Notes: a model not told the origin generated them from the sequence alone. Shown: positions 24,726 through 33,561, numbered from the stretch's first letter. The stretch is 64,000 bases of DNA from Candidatus Micrarchaeota archaeon (GCA_021818925.1 JAKASU010000001.1:441568-505567), one strand, 5' to 3'. A program made the numbers and translations.

Positions 24726-25797
24726 CGCTCTTGACCAGTATGCTCAGCTCGGACCTGTATGCGCTGGAACTGGCGAGCAGCGTGCCCGTCTCGAACTTCT
24801 CGTGCTTGAGCACGTATCCTGATATTGCAGCAAGCGTCCTAGGGTCCCACTGCCACAGGTTAGAGACATAGATTATGTTGGGGGCATCGCCAGCGGGCAC
24901 ACGCACCAGATAGTCGAGCATGTCGGCATCGAAGGCGTTTATCACGGGCATCTCCTCAGGCTGCATGATGCTGGACACGAGGCAGTATCTCGCCGATCTG
25001 TCTAGCACCGTCTCGCGAATATCGCCGTTTCTGTCCTTTGCCCTCGTCACGGCGGCGCCGTCGGTGTCTACGCAGACCTCGCCCACCTGCCTCCCGGTCC
25101 AGGTATCGACCACCTCGGCGGCATCTCCGGAAAGCATCGGGCCTACAAAGCTCCCGTGTTCGGCGTGCATGCGCCTTCTCTGGCGCGAGCCTCTCTCCCT
25201 AAAGTGCAGATCTCCGAATCCGCAGGCGAACAGGCCTCTCTCATTAGCGTATATCTCGTTTGGCGATTCGCTATTGGAGCGCACAACACCTCCCTTCCTC
25301 TTTGGCATGAAGGCTGTGCCGCTTGCTCTCATCTCGTTCTCCATCTCAGCAAGCAGACGGAGGTTCATCACCTGCGCCTCGTTTACGTCCATGCCTGCAA
25401 CGCTCTCAAGTCTCTTGCCAGACAGCGCCAGCGAGACAGTCATTCTCAGGAACTGGTCTCCGCCGCCTATTATTCCTGCGAACCTCAGGCTTTCGACCGA
25501 GGACCTCTCCACGGCACTGTTCAGAAGCGAGAGGCTTGCATTGATTGGCTCATTGCTCATGCTGAAGCCCAGGTCGGCCTCATCGCCATCATTCATCCAG
25601 GCGGCAACGGGTCGACTTGCGCGGATGAACCTAGAGCCGCCGTATATCAGCTTGAAGCCCGAAGCCGTCTGCTTCTCCAACCCGTGCCTTTCCAGAAATT
25701 CCAGCCCGAATGCTTCCCTGCGCAGCATACGCAACCCATCGTTTGCGCTGCGGCAGATTGAATCGTGCTGAATGCGCTTCTGGTTCTCCCCTTCCAT
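24712..25797 (-). CDS. Hypothetical protein (ORFan B)
   Basis: 361-aa ORF with no recognised motif. The antisense 283-aa ORF is judged spurious. Confidence 0.55.
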   Translation of the reverse strand: MEGENQKRIQHDSICRSANDGLRMLRREAFGLEFLERHGLEKQTASGFKLIYGGSRFIRASRPVAAWMNDGDEADLGFSMSNEPINASLSLLNSAVERSSVESLRFAGIIGGGDQFLRMTVSLALSGKRLESVAGMDVNEAQVMNLRLLAEMENEMRASGTAFMPKRKGGVVRSNSESPNEIYANERGLFACGFGDLHFRERGSRQRRRMHAEHGSFVGPMLSGDAAEVVDTWTGRQVGEVCVDTDGAAVTRAKDRNGDIRETVLDRSARYCLVSSIMQPEEMPVINAFDADMLDYLVRVPAGDAPNIIYVSNLWQWDPRTLAAISGYVLKHEKFETGTLLASSSAYRSELSILVKSGGHV

Positions 25798-25846
25798 TGA
25801 AGCATCTTCAAATCTGGCTAGGTTTCCTGCCTTTAAATATATTCTT

Positions 25847-26428
25847 TCAGGACTGTTCCGTGCTTACCGGAGCCTCCATTGGCAGCCTCTTGGTCTCCCT
25901 GAGCTCCTCCTGCACGCCGAGCAGTATCGTTGACTTCGCGTCCTCGAGCGAGGCGTAGTCCACCTTGTCGTTCTGGAACTTGAACGGGCCCACGACAATT
26001 GCACAGACGTCGTGTTCGGAGAGCTCAACCGGCTCGTCCCTCAGGTCCTTGACCACCAGCCCGTGCCTGTTCACCCTGTCAGAGTAGTAGTTCAATGCGA
26101 GTTCGAAGTCGTCGCGCGGGTAGACCATTGCCGCGAAGAAGGCTATTCTGCCATCAGCAGGGCTGTCCTCGCTGAGCATCAGCACCTTCTTCGGTTTCTC
26201 CAGGAGTGCTGTGTGCATGCTCACGGTATCGGCTACAAACCTGCCGAAGAGCATGGCGTCACCCAGGAAGTTATCGGCCCTCTTCAGGAACCGGAGCCCA
26301 GCGTCGCTGAGCCTGTCTGCTACCTGGTCGGGCTTTATGCTGGCGAATACGCTTATGCCGCTCTCGCGGAGCAGCCTCTGGTTCGCCATCCCCAGCCTGC
26401 TCCCGTCGATATGCTTAGAACCCTCCAT
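25847..26428 (-). CDS. Hypothetical protein (ORFan A)
   Basis: 193-aa ORF, 46 nt downstream of the membrane/pilin-like gene on the same strand. Confidence 0.55.
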   Translation of the reverse strand: MEGSKHIDGSRLGMANQRLLRESGISVFASIKPDQVADRLSDAGLRFLKRADNFLGDAMLFGRFVADTVSMHTALLEKPKKVLMLSEDSPADGRIAFFAAMVYPRDDFELALNYYSDRVNRHGLVVKDLRDEPVELSEHDVCAIVVGPFKFQNDKVDYASLEDAKSTILLGVQEELRETKRLPMEAPVSTEQS

Positions 26429-26474
26429 GCTTGCTCGGATAGGAGTTTGTCAGGCCTGTTTTTAAGGATTGGCG

Positions 26475-27464
26475 TTATCTGCTCAGGGAGGTGAGGTTCT
26501 CGCCGGCTGTGTTGTTCACGTGCACGAGTGGGGGCACCGATGTCATGTTGTAGTACACCTGTATGTGCGCGGTCTGCAGCGGAGTGGCCTGGCTGCCCGG
26601 ATGGTATGCGACCCAGAGTATGCCGTTGAACGGCGCAGAGGCGTTGCTTATCCCGTAGCACGGCAGGTCCCGCGCGCGTATGGGCGAGCCGGCGGTTATA
26701 GATGTTCCAGGAAGCCCCTGACTAAAGGTTCCGTTCGCCTGCAGGTAGTAGAACTGGTACTGTGATGGCGTCTCGAATCCGAAGCCGTTAGTGCAGGCGA
26801 TGTCGAGGTTGTAGAGCGTGTCGTTGGTGTCGTTGGAGTAGAGGGTAAATGAGAGGTTCGCGGGCGCGGAGAGCACGGGAGCACCGCAGTTGAATGGCTG
26901 GTCGCGCTCTATGGTGGAGCAGCCCGAGTACTTTACTATTGTGGTCGTGAGCGTGCTGGTGGAGGACGTGGTGGCTATCGTGCTAGTGGTGTTGAGCGAG
27001 GTGGTCGTAGTGCTCGCCGGCGCTATCTGCGCGGCTCCGTTTATGCCGAAGAAAACAAGTGCGCTGACTACCGCTATGATCGCTATCGCGAGCACGTAGA
27101 CGTTCTGCTCCATCCTGCGCCCCTGGCCCCTCTTCATGTTGAGGACTATGTACAAGGAGAGGAGCGTAAAGACCAGGTTGAAGGCGAGCTCTGCGATGCT
27201 GACGGTTCTGGTGAGCGCGAAGATTACGGAGAGGACGACATAGCCGGCCGCGAAGGCGAGCTGCTCGTCGACGAGCGGGGCCACAAGGCCGACGACCACA
27301 ATCACAAGCGCCAGGCTCGACAGCGAGGCTATGCCTGTGAGCGCGGCAATACCGGTTCCCTGGAGCAGCTCCAGCAGCTGGCTGAGAAACGCGACGAACA
27401 GTCCGGCGGCGAACTCCTTGTATATCTCCTGCATTCCGTGCTTCATCCTGCTTGGTGTTTTCAT
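26475..27464 (-). CDS. Polytopic membrane protein fused to a Thr-rich linker and a pilin-like glycosylated ectodomain
   Basis: About 5 hydrophobic helices in aa 15-160, then linker TTTTSLNTTSTIATTSSTSTLTTTIV. The C-terminal domain has 9 sequons, Cys pairs and FNGILWVAY (compare FTGYLTINY in the pilin at 48535..49020). Confidence 0.7.
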   Translation of the reverse strand: MKTPSRMKHGMQEIYKEFAAGLFVAFLSQLLELLQGTGIAALTGIASLSSLALVIVVVGLVAPLVDEQLAFAAGYVVLSVIFALTRTVSIAELAFNLVFTLLSLYIVLNMKRGQGRRMEQNVYVLAIAIIAVVSALVFFGINGAAQIAPASTTTTSLNTTSTIATTSSTSTLTTTIVKYSGCSTIERDQPFNCGAPVLSAPANLSFTLYSNDTNDTLYNLDIACTNGFGFETPSQYQFYYLQANGTFSQGLPGTSITAGSPIRARDLPCYGISNASAPFNGILWVAYHPGSQATPLQTAHIQVYYNMTSVPPLVHVNNTAGENLTSLSR

Positions 27465-27492
27465 GTAGTGCGTCGCCTGTTACGGTGTTTGT

Positions 27493-29214
27493 ATGATGTG
27501 TGCTAATAAAAAGGTTATAGTACTGGGAAAAGTGAAGAGGGAGTTGCGTTTGTGCAGGCGTTTTGGCCTGTTGAGATGGCAGTGGAAGAGGAGGTGGCTC
27601 TTCAATGCTATGAGGCTCGATCCCGCAAGGAACCTGAACTCGCACATGATGATAACCGGAGAGAGCGGTGCGGGGAAGAGCAGCGTGTGCAAGCAGATAC
27701 TTGTGCAGCTGGCGAACGCGGGAGCCAACTTCGTTGTGCTGGACCCCCATGCGGAGTACGTTGAGCACGCGAAGGAGATGCGTGCAGCTATGTACGATGC
27801 GAGCATGCACGCCATAAATCCCTTCGACCTGGACGGCCTAACGGAGAGAGAGCGCACCGCGGAGATAACGGCCATGCTGAGAAGAATCCTACGCCTGGGA
27901 GAGGTGCAGGCATCCACGCTGCACCGCTGCATAAGCTACACGTACTGGATAAGCAAAGTCAGGGACGCGGGGCCGAGCATGCACAGCCTGCTCTACACGA
28001 TAAAGGTATTCAAGCGCAGGGCGAGGAGCAAGCCGGAGGTGAACCTGCTCGACGCCCTTGAGAAGCGCCTGCTTGTCATAGCCGGCGAGAGCTTCCGCAG
28101 GAACGTGTCGATGGGGAGCGTGATGCATGGCAGAAGCATCTTCGCGCTGCAGGGGCTGCACAGCGCCGAGGCCCAGGCGATATATATGGAGTCGATGCTT
28201 CGAAAAATATACACGAACATTCTGCAAGAAGGTTCGCGAAGAAAGGGGAGGTTCTACATAGTCATAGACGAGGCCGAGAAGCTGCAGGACAGCCCGGTAG
28301 TCGGTAGGCTCGTGGCGGAGGGCAGGAAGTACGGGATAGGCATGATAGCGATATCGCAGAGGGCGAAGGCGCTGGACAAGGAGATACGCAGCAACGCGGC
28401 TACGATGATCGCGTTCGCACAGAGGGAGCCCGAGGAGCAGAACTACGTGGCGAACATGATCGCTGCGGGAACCGAGTACAACAGGTTCATCGAGGTAAGA
28501 AAGGCGCTGAGGGAACTGCCGAGAGGCTCCGCAATGGTGCAGGAGTCAAGAGGCAGGGGCCCGAGGATAGTGAGGTGCGGGCGTTTTGAGGCGAAGAAGA
28601 GGGACCCGGGCCACAGGATAATCGAGATGGCGAGAGGGGTGGTGAGCAAGCAGGAATTGGTTGAGAGGTTGGGAAAAGAGGGTTTTACTCCGGAGGAAAC
28701 GATTGGCAGCGTGGCTGAACTGATAAGGGCGGGCACGCTGAATTATCACGTGGTTACTGAGTCGCATTACGAGGGGACTTGGTATATAGCGATGCCGAGG
28801 AACAGCGCAGAACACGACATAATGGTCAATCTGATAAGCAGGTACCTGACTGAAAACGGGATAAGGAACGAGGTATACAACAACGCTTATGGGCCGGATG
28901 TGATTGCGTACAAGGACGGGAAGAGGTTCGCGGTGGAGTACGAGACCGGGAAGAAAAAGGCACGCGACACGCTCATCATGCTGGGAAAGAGGCAGGAACG
29001 CTACTACAAAACCATTCTCATAGGAAATAATGAGGTGAGTGTCATGCGTGCGGGGCGGGGCTCTGCCGCTCCGCCACTTGGCTCTACTATAAGTATTAGA
29101 ACAACCAATGCTTACAGCAGGCGAACCGATGACAATGGAAAAAAGCCCGGGGATCTTCGTTCTTCTCATGAAGAACACGAACAGGATGGAGCTGGACAAG
29201 GACATAATGCATAA
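27493..29214 (+). CDS. DUF87/HerA-FtsK-type P-loop ATPase with winged-helix and PD-(D/E)xK-like C-terminal region
   Basis: Walker A ITGESGAGKSS and Walker B FYIVIDEAEKL, plus GRKYGIGMIAISQRAKALDKEIRSNAATMIAF. The C-terminus carries EHD...GPDVIAY...AVEYETGKK. The start could instead be ATG 27610. The last roughly 60 residues are low-complexity and may not be real. Confidence 0.8.
   Translation: MMCANKKVIVLGKVKRELRLCRRFGLLRWQWKRRWLFNAMRLDPARNLNSHMMITGESGAGKSSVCKQILVQLANAGANFVVLDPHAEYVEHAKEMRAAMYDASMHAINPFDLDGLTERERTAEITAMLRRILRLGEVQASTLHRCISYTYWISKVRDAGPSMHSLLYTIKVFKRRARSKPEVNLLDALEKRLLVIAGESFRRNVSMGSVMHGRSIFALQGLHSAEAQAIYMESMLRKIYTNILQEGSRRKGRFYIVIDEAEKLQDSPVVGRLVAEGRKYGIGMIAISQRAKALDKEIRSNAATMIAFAQREPEEQNYVANMIAAGTEYNRFIEVRKALRELPRGSAMVQESRGRGPRIVRCGRFEAKKRDPGHRIIEMARGVVSKQELVERLGKEGFTPEETIGSVAELIRAGTLNYHVVTESHYEGTWYIAMPRNSAEHDIMVNLISRYLTENGIRNEVYNNAYGPDVIAYKDGKRFAVEYETGKKKARDTLIMLGKRQERYYKTILIGNNEVSVMRAGRGSAAPPLGSTISIRTTNAYSRRTDDNGKKPGDLRSSHEEHEQDGAGQGHNA
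27503..27520. promoter_or_regulatory. A/T-rich segment AATAAAAAGGTTATAG in the divergent region between the membrane/pilin-like gene and the ATPase gene
   Basis: It is the only A/T-rich stretch between ATG 27464 (minus strand) and the candidate ATPase starts. Confidence 0.35.
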
Positions 29215-29323
29215 GATGGGCCTGAGCAAGATAGGCTACATGCTCGACAAGGACTACCTGATGACAAGGAGGGAGGACCTAAGGGGAGCGATAAGGGAGC
29301 TGAAAAGATGGCACCTGCTCTGA
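29129..29323 (+). CDS. Small hypothetical protein (64 aa)
   Basis: MTMEKSPGIFVLLMKNTNRMELDKDIMHKMGLSK... TATAAGTATT lies about 35 nt upstream. Overlaps the doubtful tail of the ATPase ORF in another frame. Confidence 0.35.
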   Translation: MTMEKSPGIFVLLMKNTNRMELDKDIMHKMGLSKIGYMLDKDYLMTRREDLRGAIRELKRWHLL

Positions 29324-29388
29324 GCGGCGGCGCCATGCGACAGAATATTAACCATTTGCTTGGAAATAGTATTGAATAGGTAGTCTGT

Positions 29389-29580
29389 ATGAAAGGAAAA
29401 GTGAAGATGTTCAATGCCGCGCGCGGCTTTGGATTCATAACTGGAGACGACGGAAAGGACGTGTACGTACACACCTCGGCGATAGCGGGAGGAGCGGCAC
29501 TGGCCGTGGGAGACGAGGTCGAGTACGAGGTAGAGGAAGGAGAGCGCGGGCCCAGAGCGAAGAACGTCAAGAAACTCTGA
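29389..29580 (+). CDS. csp: Cold-shock domain protein
   Basis: MKGKVKMFNAARGFGFITGDDGKDVYVHTSAI (RNP1/RNP2 motifs). 63 aa. Confidence 0.9.
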   Translation: MKGKVKMFNAARGFGFITGDDGKDVYVHTSAIAGGAALAVGDEVEYEVEEGERGPRAKNVKKL

Positions 29581-29659
29581 ACCTGATGCGAACCGCACGA
29601 CGGTTCAGTTCAGCAGCCACATCGATAGGTTAAGCAGCGTGGCGAACACGATCTATAGG

Positions 29660-29695
29660 AGATAGGGGGCGAGCGGGCACGCCGCCCTCCTATCT
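29660..29695. repeat. Imperfect 12-bp inverted repeat (AGATAGGGGGCG ... CGCCC(T)CCTATCT)
   Basis: Hand-paired: 7 + 5 bp with a one-nt bulge and an 11-nt loop, inside the 300-nt csp/hydrolase spacer. Confidence 0.5.
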
Positions 29696-29879
29696 GCCCG
29701 GTATAATTTCCGAATAGCGAACACGACGGCCGCCAACAACTGCGCTGTGTTTATCGGCACGTACATAGTCCGGCCGGTGGGGCGAACCCGGATTGACAGG
29801 CACCGCATACCACGTGCCTGTGCTGCCTATGTGATCAACTATTGCAAGTGCTACTGCAAATCCCAAAATCTTTATCGCG

Positions 29880-30617
29880 TCATGTGCCGTAGCCTATGAA
29901 CTTCAGCAGCAGATCCTTCACCTCGTTTGCGTGGGTGTAGTGGGCGACGTGACCGGCGCCCTGGACTATCTCCAGCGCGCTTCCCTTTATGTGGTCTCCC
30001 CAGATTTCAGCGTATTTAACGTCTATCATATTGTCCTCGCTGCCCCAGATGATCAGCGTGGGTTTGACTATGGCGCTTAGGCTCTCGGCTGTGAGCAGCG
30101 AGTCCTCGTGCACCGAGTCTGCGGTGCTCCTCAACACGTATTCGCGCGGGTTGTAGATAAGCGCCTCTTTGATAAGGGATTCTTTGTACTTCTCGACCCC
30201 GTGTTTCTTTATTATCGGCTCGTATATCTCCTTCAGGCCGGCTGCGTCCTCGAGTATGAGCCCGCTACCCTTGAAGCCGCCTTGCGCTATGCTCGCGGCG
30301 ATCCAACCGCCGTAGCTGTGGCCGAAGAGGTAGCTCTCCTGCAGCCCTTCCTCCTCGATGAACTCCTTCACCAGCTTTGCGTGGAGCGCCACGCTGTACT
30401 CAATGTGCGGCGCGTCGGACATGCCGTGGCCCAGCAGGTCGATGAGGCAGACGTCTAGACCGTCTGGAAGCTCGCCGACGAGCCTTTCGAATGACATGGT
30501 GCTCGCTCCGAAGCCGTGCAAAAAGACAATCTTCTTGCCGCCGGCGCGGTGGCGTTTGCAGTGAAGCCTGCCGGAACTGGTTTGCACATACGCATCTTCC
30601 ATCTCATCATACTGCAT
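29880..30617 (-). CDS. Alpha/beta-fold hydrolase
   Basis: VFLHGFGAS, nucleophile elbow GHSYGG, and C-terminal GAGHVAH. Confidence 0.8.
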   Translation of the reverse strand: MQYDEMEDAYVQTSSGRLHCKRHRAGGKKIVFLHGFGASTMSFERLVGELPDGLDVCLIDLLGHGMSDAPHIEYSVALHAKLVKEFIEEEGLQESYLFGHSYGGWIAASIAQGGFKGSGLILEDAAGLKEIYEPIIKKHGVEKYKESLIKEALIYNPREYVLRSTADSVHEDSLLTAESLSAIVKPTLIIWGSEDNMIDVKYAEIWGDHIKGSALEIVQGAGHVAHYTHANEVKDLLLKFIGYGT

Positions 30618-30620
30618 GCT

Positions 30621-32363
30621 CTATCGCCTCCTTTCTTCCTTCTTTTCTCTCATTCCGCTGGGCCACGCGCTTGCTATCGCAGCTATGAGCGCCATAAATG
30701 CGCCTGCATATAGCACTATCTGCATGCCGTCGATGAACGGCTTTGAGATGAGGTTTGGGAAGAACTCCGTGCCAAGCAGTGTGTTTGAGTTGACTACAGG
30801 CAGGGACACAAGCACGTTAGCTGGAATAATCGTCTTCATGGGGTTGTATCCGAGAAAAGCGGCGAAGAGCGCGACCGTGGGAGGTAGCTGCGATACGCGC
30901 ATCGCAACGGAGGGAGAGACGTTCTGCGATACCAATCCGTTGTATAGCGCGGAAGGCAGCGCCACTGATATTCCCGCTATCAGCAGGCTGAAGAACAAGA
31001 CTAGGCTGAACATGAACGCCACGTTGACGAGCGTGGCTCTCATGCCTGACGATACGCCCCTGTACTCCGGCGGTACGCTGCTCATGGTCCACGCCGTGTT
31101 AGGAGAGTTGAACATCCCCTGGCCTGCGCCCATCACAAGTATGATGATTGCAAACGGCAAGTAGCTGAAATCTGCCGGCAGAGTAGCCAGGACCGCGAAG
31201 CCTACCGCATTTATAAGCATTCCCGCTGTCATGAACGGTTTTGGACCGTAGCGGTCTGAGAGGTAGCCGGAGAGGGGGCTTGCGGCAAGGAAGCCTATTA
31301 TAAGCGGGGCCATCAAGATGGCGGCCTGCAGTGGCGTGTTCTCGAAGCTAACGCCGTGCAGCGGCAGCCAGACTCCCTGCAGCCATATGACGAGCATGAA
31401 CTGCAGCCCTCCTCTTGACATAGCAGAAAGGAAGAGGCTAAGGCTGCCACCCGCAAACGCGCGTATCCTGAAGAGCGCGAGCTTGAACATCGGAGCTACT
31501 GTCCTCATCTCGATGAACACGAACGCCAGGAGGAGCAGCAGACCCGCCGCTATTCCAGCCTCGACGAAGGGATTGCCCCATCCCGTGGTACTGGCGCCGT
31601 ACGGGAGCAGGCCGTAGGTGATGGCGATTAGAAGCAGCGTTATGGACAACGCGAATGTCGCGTTGCCAAGTATATCGAACTTCTGGTCCTTCTGCACGCT
31701 GGCTATTTCGTGCAGCGCCACGTACGCCCATACAGCACCGATCACGCCCACGGGCACGCTTATCATGAAGATGAGGTGCCAGTCTATTGCGGCTAGGAAG
31801 CCGCCTACGAGCAGGCCTATCAGGCTGCCGCCTATGAAGGCGATGGAGTTGATGCCCATCGCCTTTCCCCTCTCGTTTGCAGGGAAGGCGTCGGTCAGGA
31901 TGGCAACGCTGTTAGCGAACAAGAACGCGCCGCCGAGCCCTTGCACCAGCCTCAGCAGGGTTATCGTCAGCACTCCGGTGTCCCCGGCTATCAGGTACGA
32001 GGAGATGTATATCAGCGTAGATGCTATCGCGAAGATGGCGAAGCCAAGATTGTATAGCTTAACCCTGCCGAACATGTCCGACAGTCTGCCGATAGTGACC
32101 ACGACCACCGAGGACATTATTGTGTAACCAAGGAGAAGCCACAATAAGAGATCGATGTTGCCCGTAACAAGAGGATTCACGCCGAGGCCGTTGAAGATTG
32201 CAGGCAGTGAGATGATCAGTATTGAGCCGTCAATCGACGCCATCAGCGCTCCGAGCGTCGTGTTGGAGAGCGCGATCCACTTGTAGTGCGCGCCGAACTT
32301 CTGCTCACGCTTAATCTCATTTGTATCGTACTCTTCTTTCGCCCCTTTCCTGTATTCGGTCAT
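30621..32363 (-). CDS. MFS transporter (14-TM DHA2/EmrB-like)
   Basis: Motif A GRLSDMFGR. About 14 hydrophobic helices. 580 aa. Confidence 0.85.
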   Translation of the reverse strand: MTEYRKGAKEEYDTNEIKREQKFGAHYKWIALSNTTLGALMASIDGSILIISLPAIFNGLGVNPLVTGNIDLLLWLLLGYTIMSSVVVVTIGRLSDMFGRVKLYNLGFAIFAIASTLIYISSYLIAGDTGVLTITLLRLVQGLGGAFLFANSVAILTDAFPANERGKAMGINSIAFIGGSLIGLLVGGFLAAIDWHLIFMISVPVGVIGAVWAYVALHEIASVQKDQKFDILGNATFALSITLLLIAITYGLLPYGASTTGWGNPFVEAGIAAGLLLLLAFVFIEMRTVAPMFKLALFRIRAFAGGSLSLFLSAMSRGGLQFMLVIWLQGVWLPLHGVSFENTPLQAAILMAPLIIGFLAASPLSGYLSDRYGPKPFMTAGMLINAVGFAVLATLPADFSYLPFAIIILVMGAGQGMFNSPNTAWTMSSVPPEYRGVSSGMRATLVNVAFMFSLVLFFSLLIAGISVALPSALYNGLVSQNVSPSVAMRVSQLPPTVALFAAFLGYNPMKTIIPANVLVSLPVVNSNTLLGTEFFPNLISKPFIDGMQIVLYAGAFMALIAAIASAWPSGMREKKEERRR

Positions 32364-32826
32364 GCTATCCTTTGAGAACTAGCTGGGTTTTAACTTGTAA
32401 GTAAACAGACTTATTCTTTTACTTTCTCGCCTTTTGACGAGCCGTTGAACTTCGACTGAATAAAGCCTCGTCAATACCGCCTCCAAAATGGAAGAACCTG
32501 CAACCTTAAGGAGCGACTCTCGGTTTCGTAGCTTCTTTATGATGGAGCAGGCAGAAATCGTGGCCAAGTTCGCCAGAATTGACGAGAACGACAGGCAGAG
32601 TCGTATAGGCCGAAGCTCACTTGCCATCCGCCGACTATCTCAGACTCCCGGGGTTTGAGAAAAGCCTTGGATGGCATTTTTCTCGGTTCGCCGAGGCTGG
32701 CTGGGTTCTCTTTTCACAGCTTCTCGTCAGCCTTTCGTCTTCAGCCATTCCTCTCGTCCGCCAAGTATGCACGTTCAGTGCCCAGTACTAGACAACTGTT
32801 TAAGTGTGGAACTGATACTGCAAGAA

Positions 32827-33084
32827 TCAGCGCTCGTTTTTCAATATCCGTTCCATGTCTTTATAGCAATCTTCGCACTCCCAGTATTCGATAGGCACGG
32901 ATTCTGATTTTGCGAAGTCTGGTTGCTCAAGCTTGAGGATTGATGCTGCCGCCTCGTAGTTAACGTTGAACTTGCCGAAGAAGCTCCAACTTTTGTCCGC
33001 GATCTTTTCGCCCTTTCCGACCGCCACCTCTCCCTCTTTTCCGCATATAGCGCAAGCAACCTTGTGCGTCGCCTTCTTTCCCAA
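32827..33084 (-). CDS. Small Cys-containing protein
   Basis: 85-aa ORF with CAICG...CEDC. Confidence 0.5.
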   Translation of the reverse strand: MGKKATHKVACAICGKEGEVAVGKGEKIADKSWSFFGKFNVNYEAAASILKLEQPDFAKSESVPIEYWECEDCYKDMERILKNER

Positions 33085-33125
33085 ACTACCACTCCTGCCC
33101 GCTCTGATTGTGACTCTGCGCCTTT

Positions 33126-33530
33126 TTATTTATTTCTTTTAAAGTCGAACTCCAGTATCTTGTCTGGCAGCATGAAGAATCTTGATTTTTTGAGCCTTAT
33201 CGCCGATTCGTCCTTGTACAAGTGCTTGGAGTGAGCGTTCAACAGCGAGAGGAGCTCCTCCTCATCGCGTAGTTCTTTGAAACCCTCGCAAGAATGCGCA
33301 GCAAAATAGTTGTATGCCTCAAGGCTGAAAGCGAACTCGTTCTCTTTTTTGGTACTCTCGGACATGATCCAGTCCGGATTGTGCTGCTCCGTAGCTATCC
33401 TGACAGCCCACTCCCTGAACTGTCGCATTGCTACAAGGAAGTCGTCATCTACTTCCCCGCGGACCACCATTTCCTCATGCCATGCACAGATATTAGAATG
33501 GAAAGGAATAAACACCGTGGCTGTGGTCAC
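33126..33530 (-). CDS. Hypothetical protein
   Basis: 134-aa ORF with no motif. Confidence 0.45.
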   Translation of the reverse strand: MTTATVFIPFHSNICAWHEEMVVRGEVDDDFLVAMRQFREWAVRIATEQHNPDWIMSESTKKENEFAFSLEAYNYFAAHSCEGFKELRDEEELLSLLNAHSKHLYKDESAIRLKKSRFFMLPDKILEFDFKRNK

Positions 33531-33561
33531 GTCTACATTAGTAAATGCGCCATATTTTGTG

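Noticed and set aside
32379-32661. Conflicting short ORFs upstream of the MFS gene: an 82-aa minus-strand ORF at 32379-32627 and a 56-aa plus-strand ORF at 32491-32661. These were considered as a MarR-like regulator or its remnant.
   Set aside because: Neither translation shows an HTH or any recognisable motif, and they exclude each other. I cannot support either as a gene from sequence alone.
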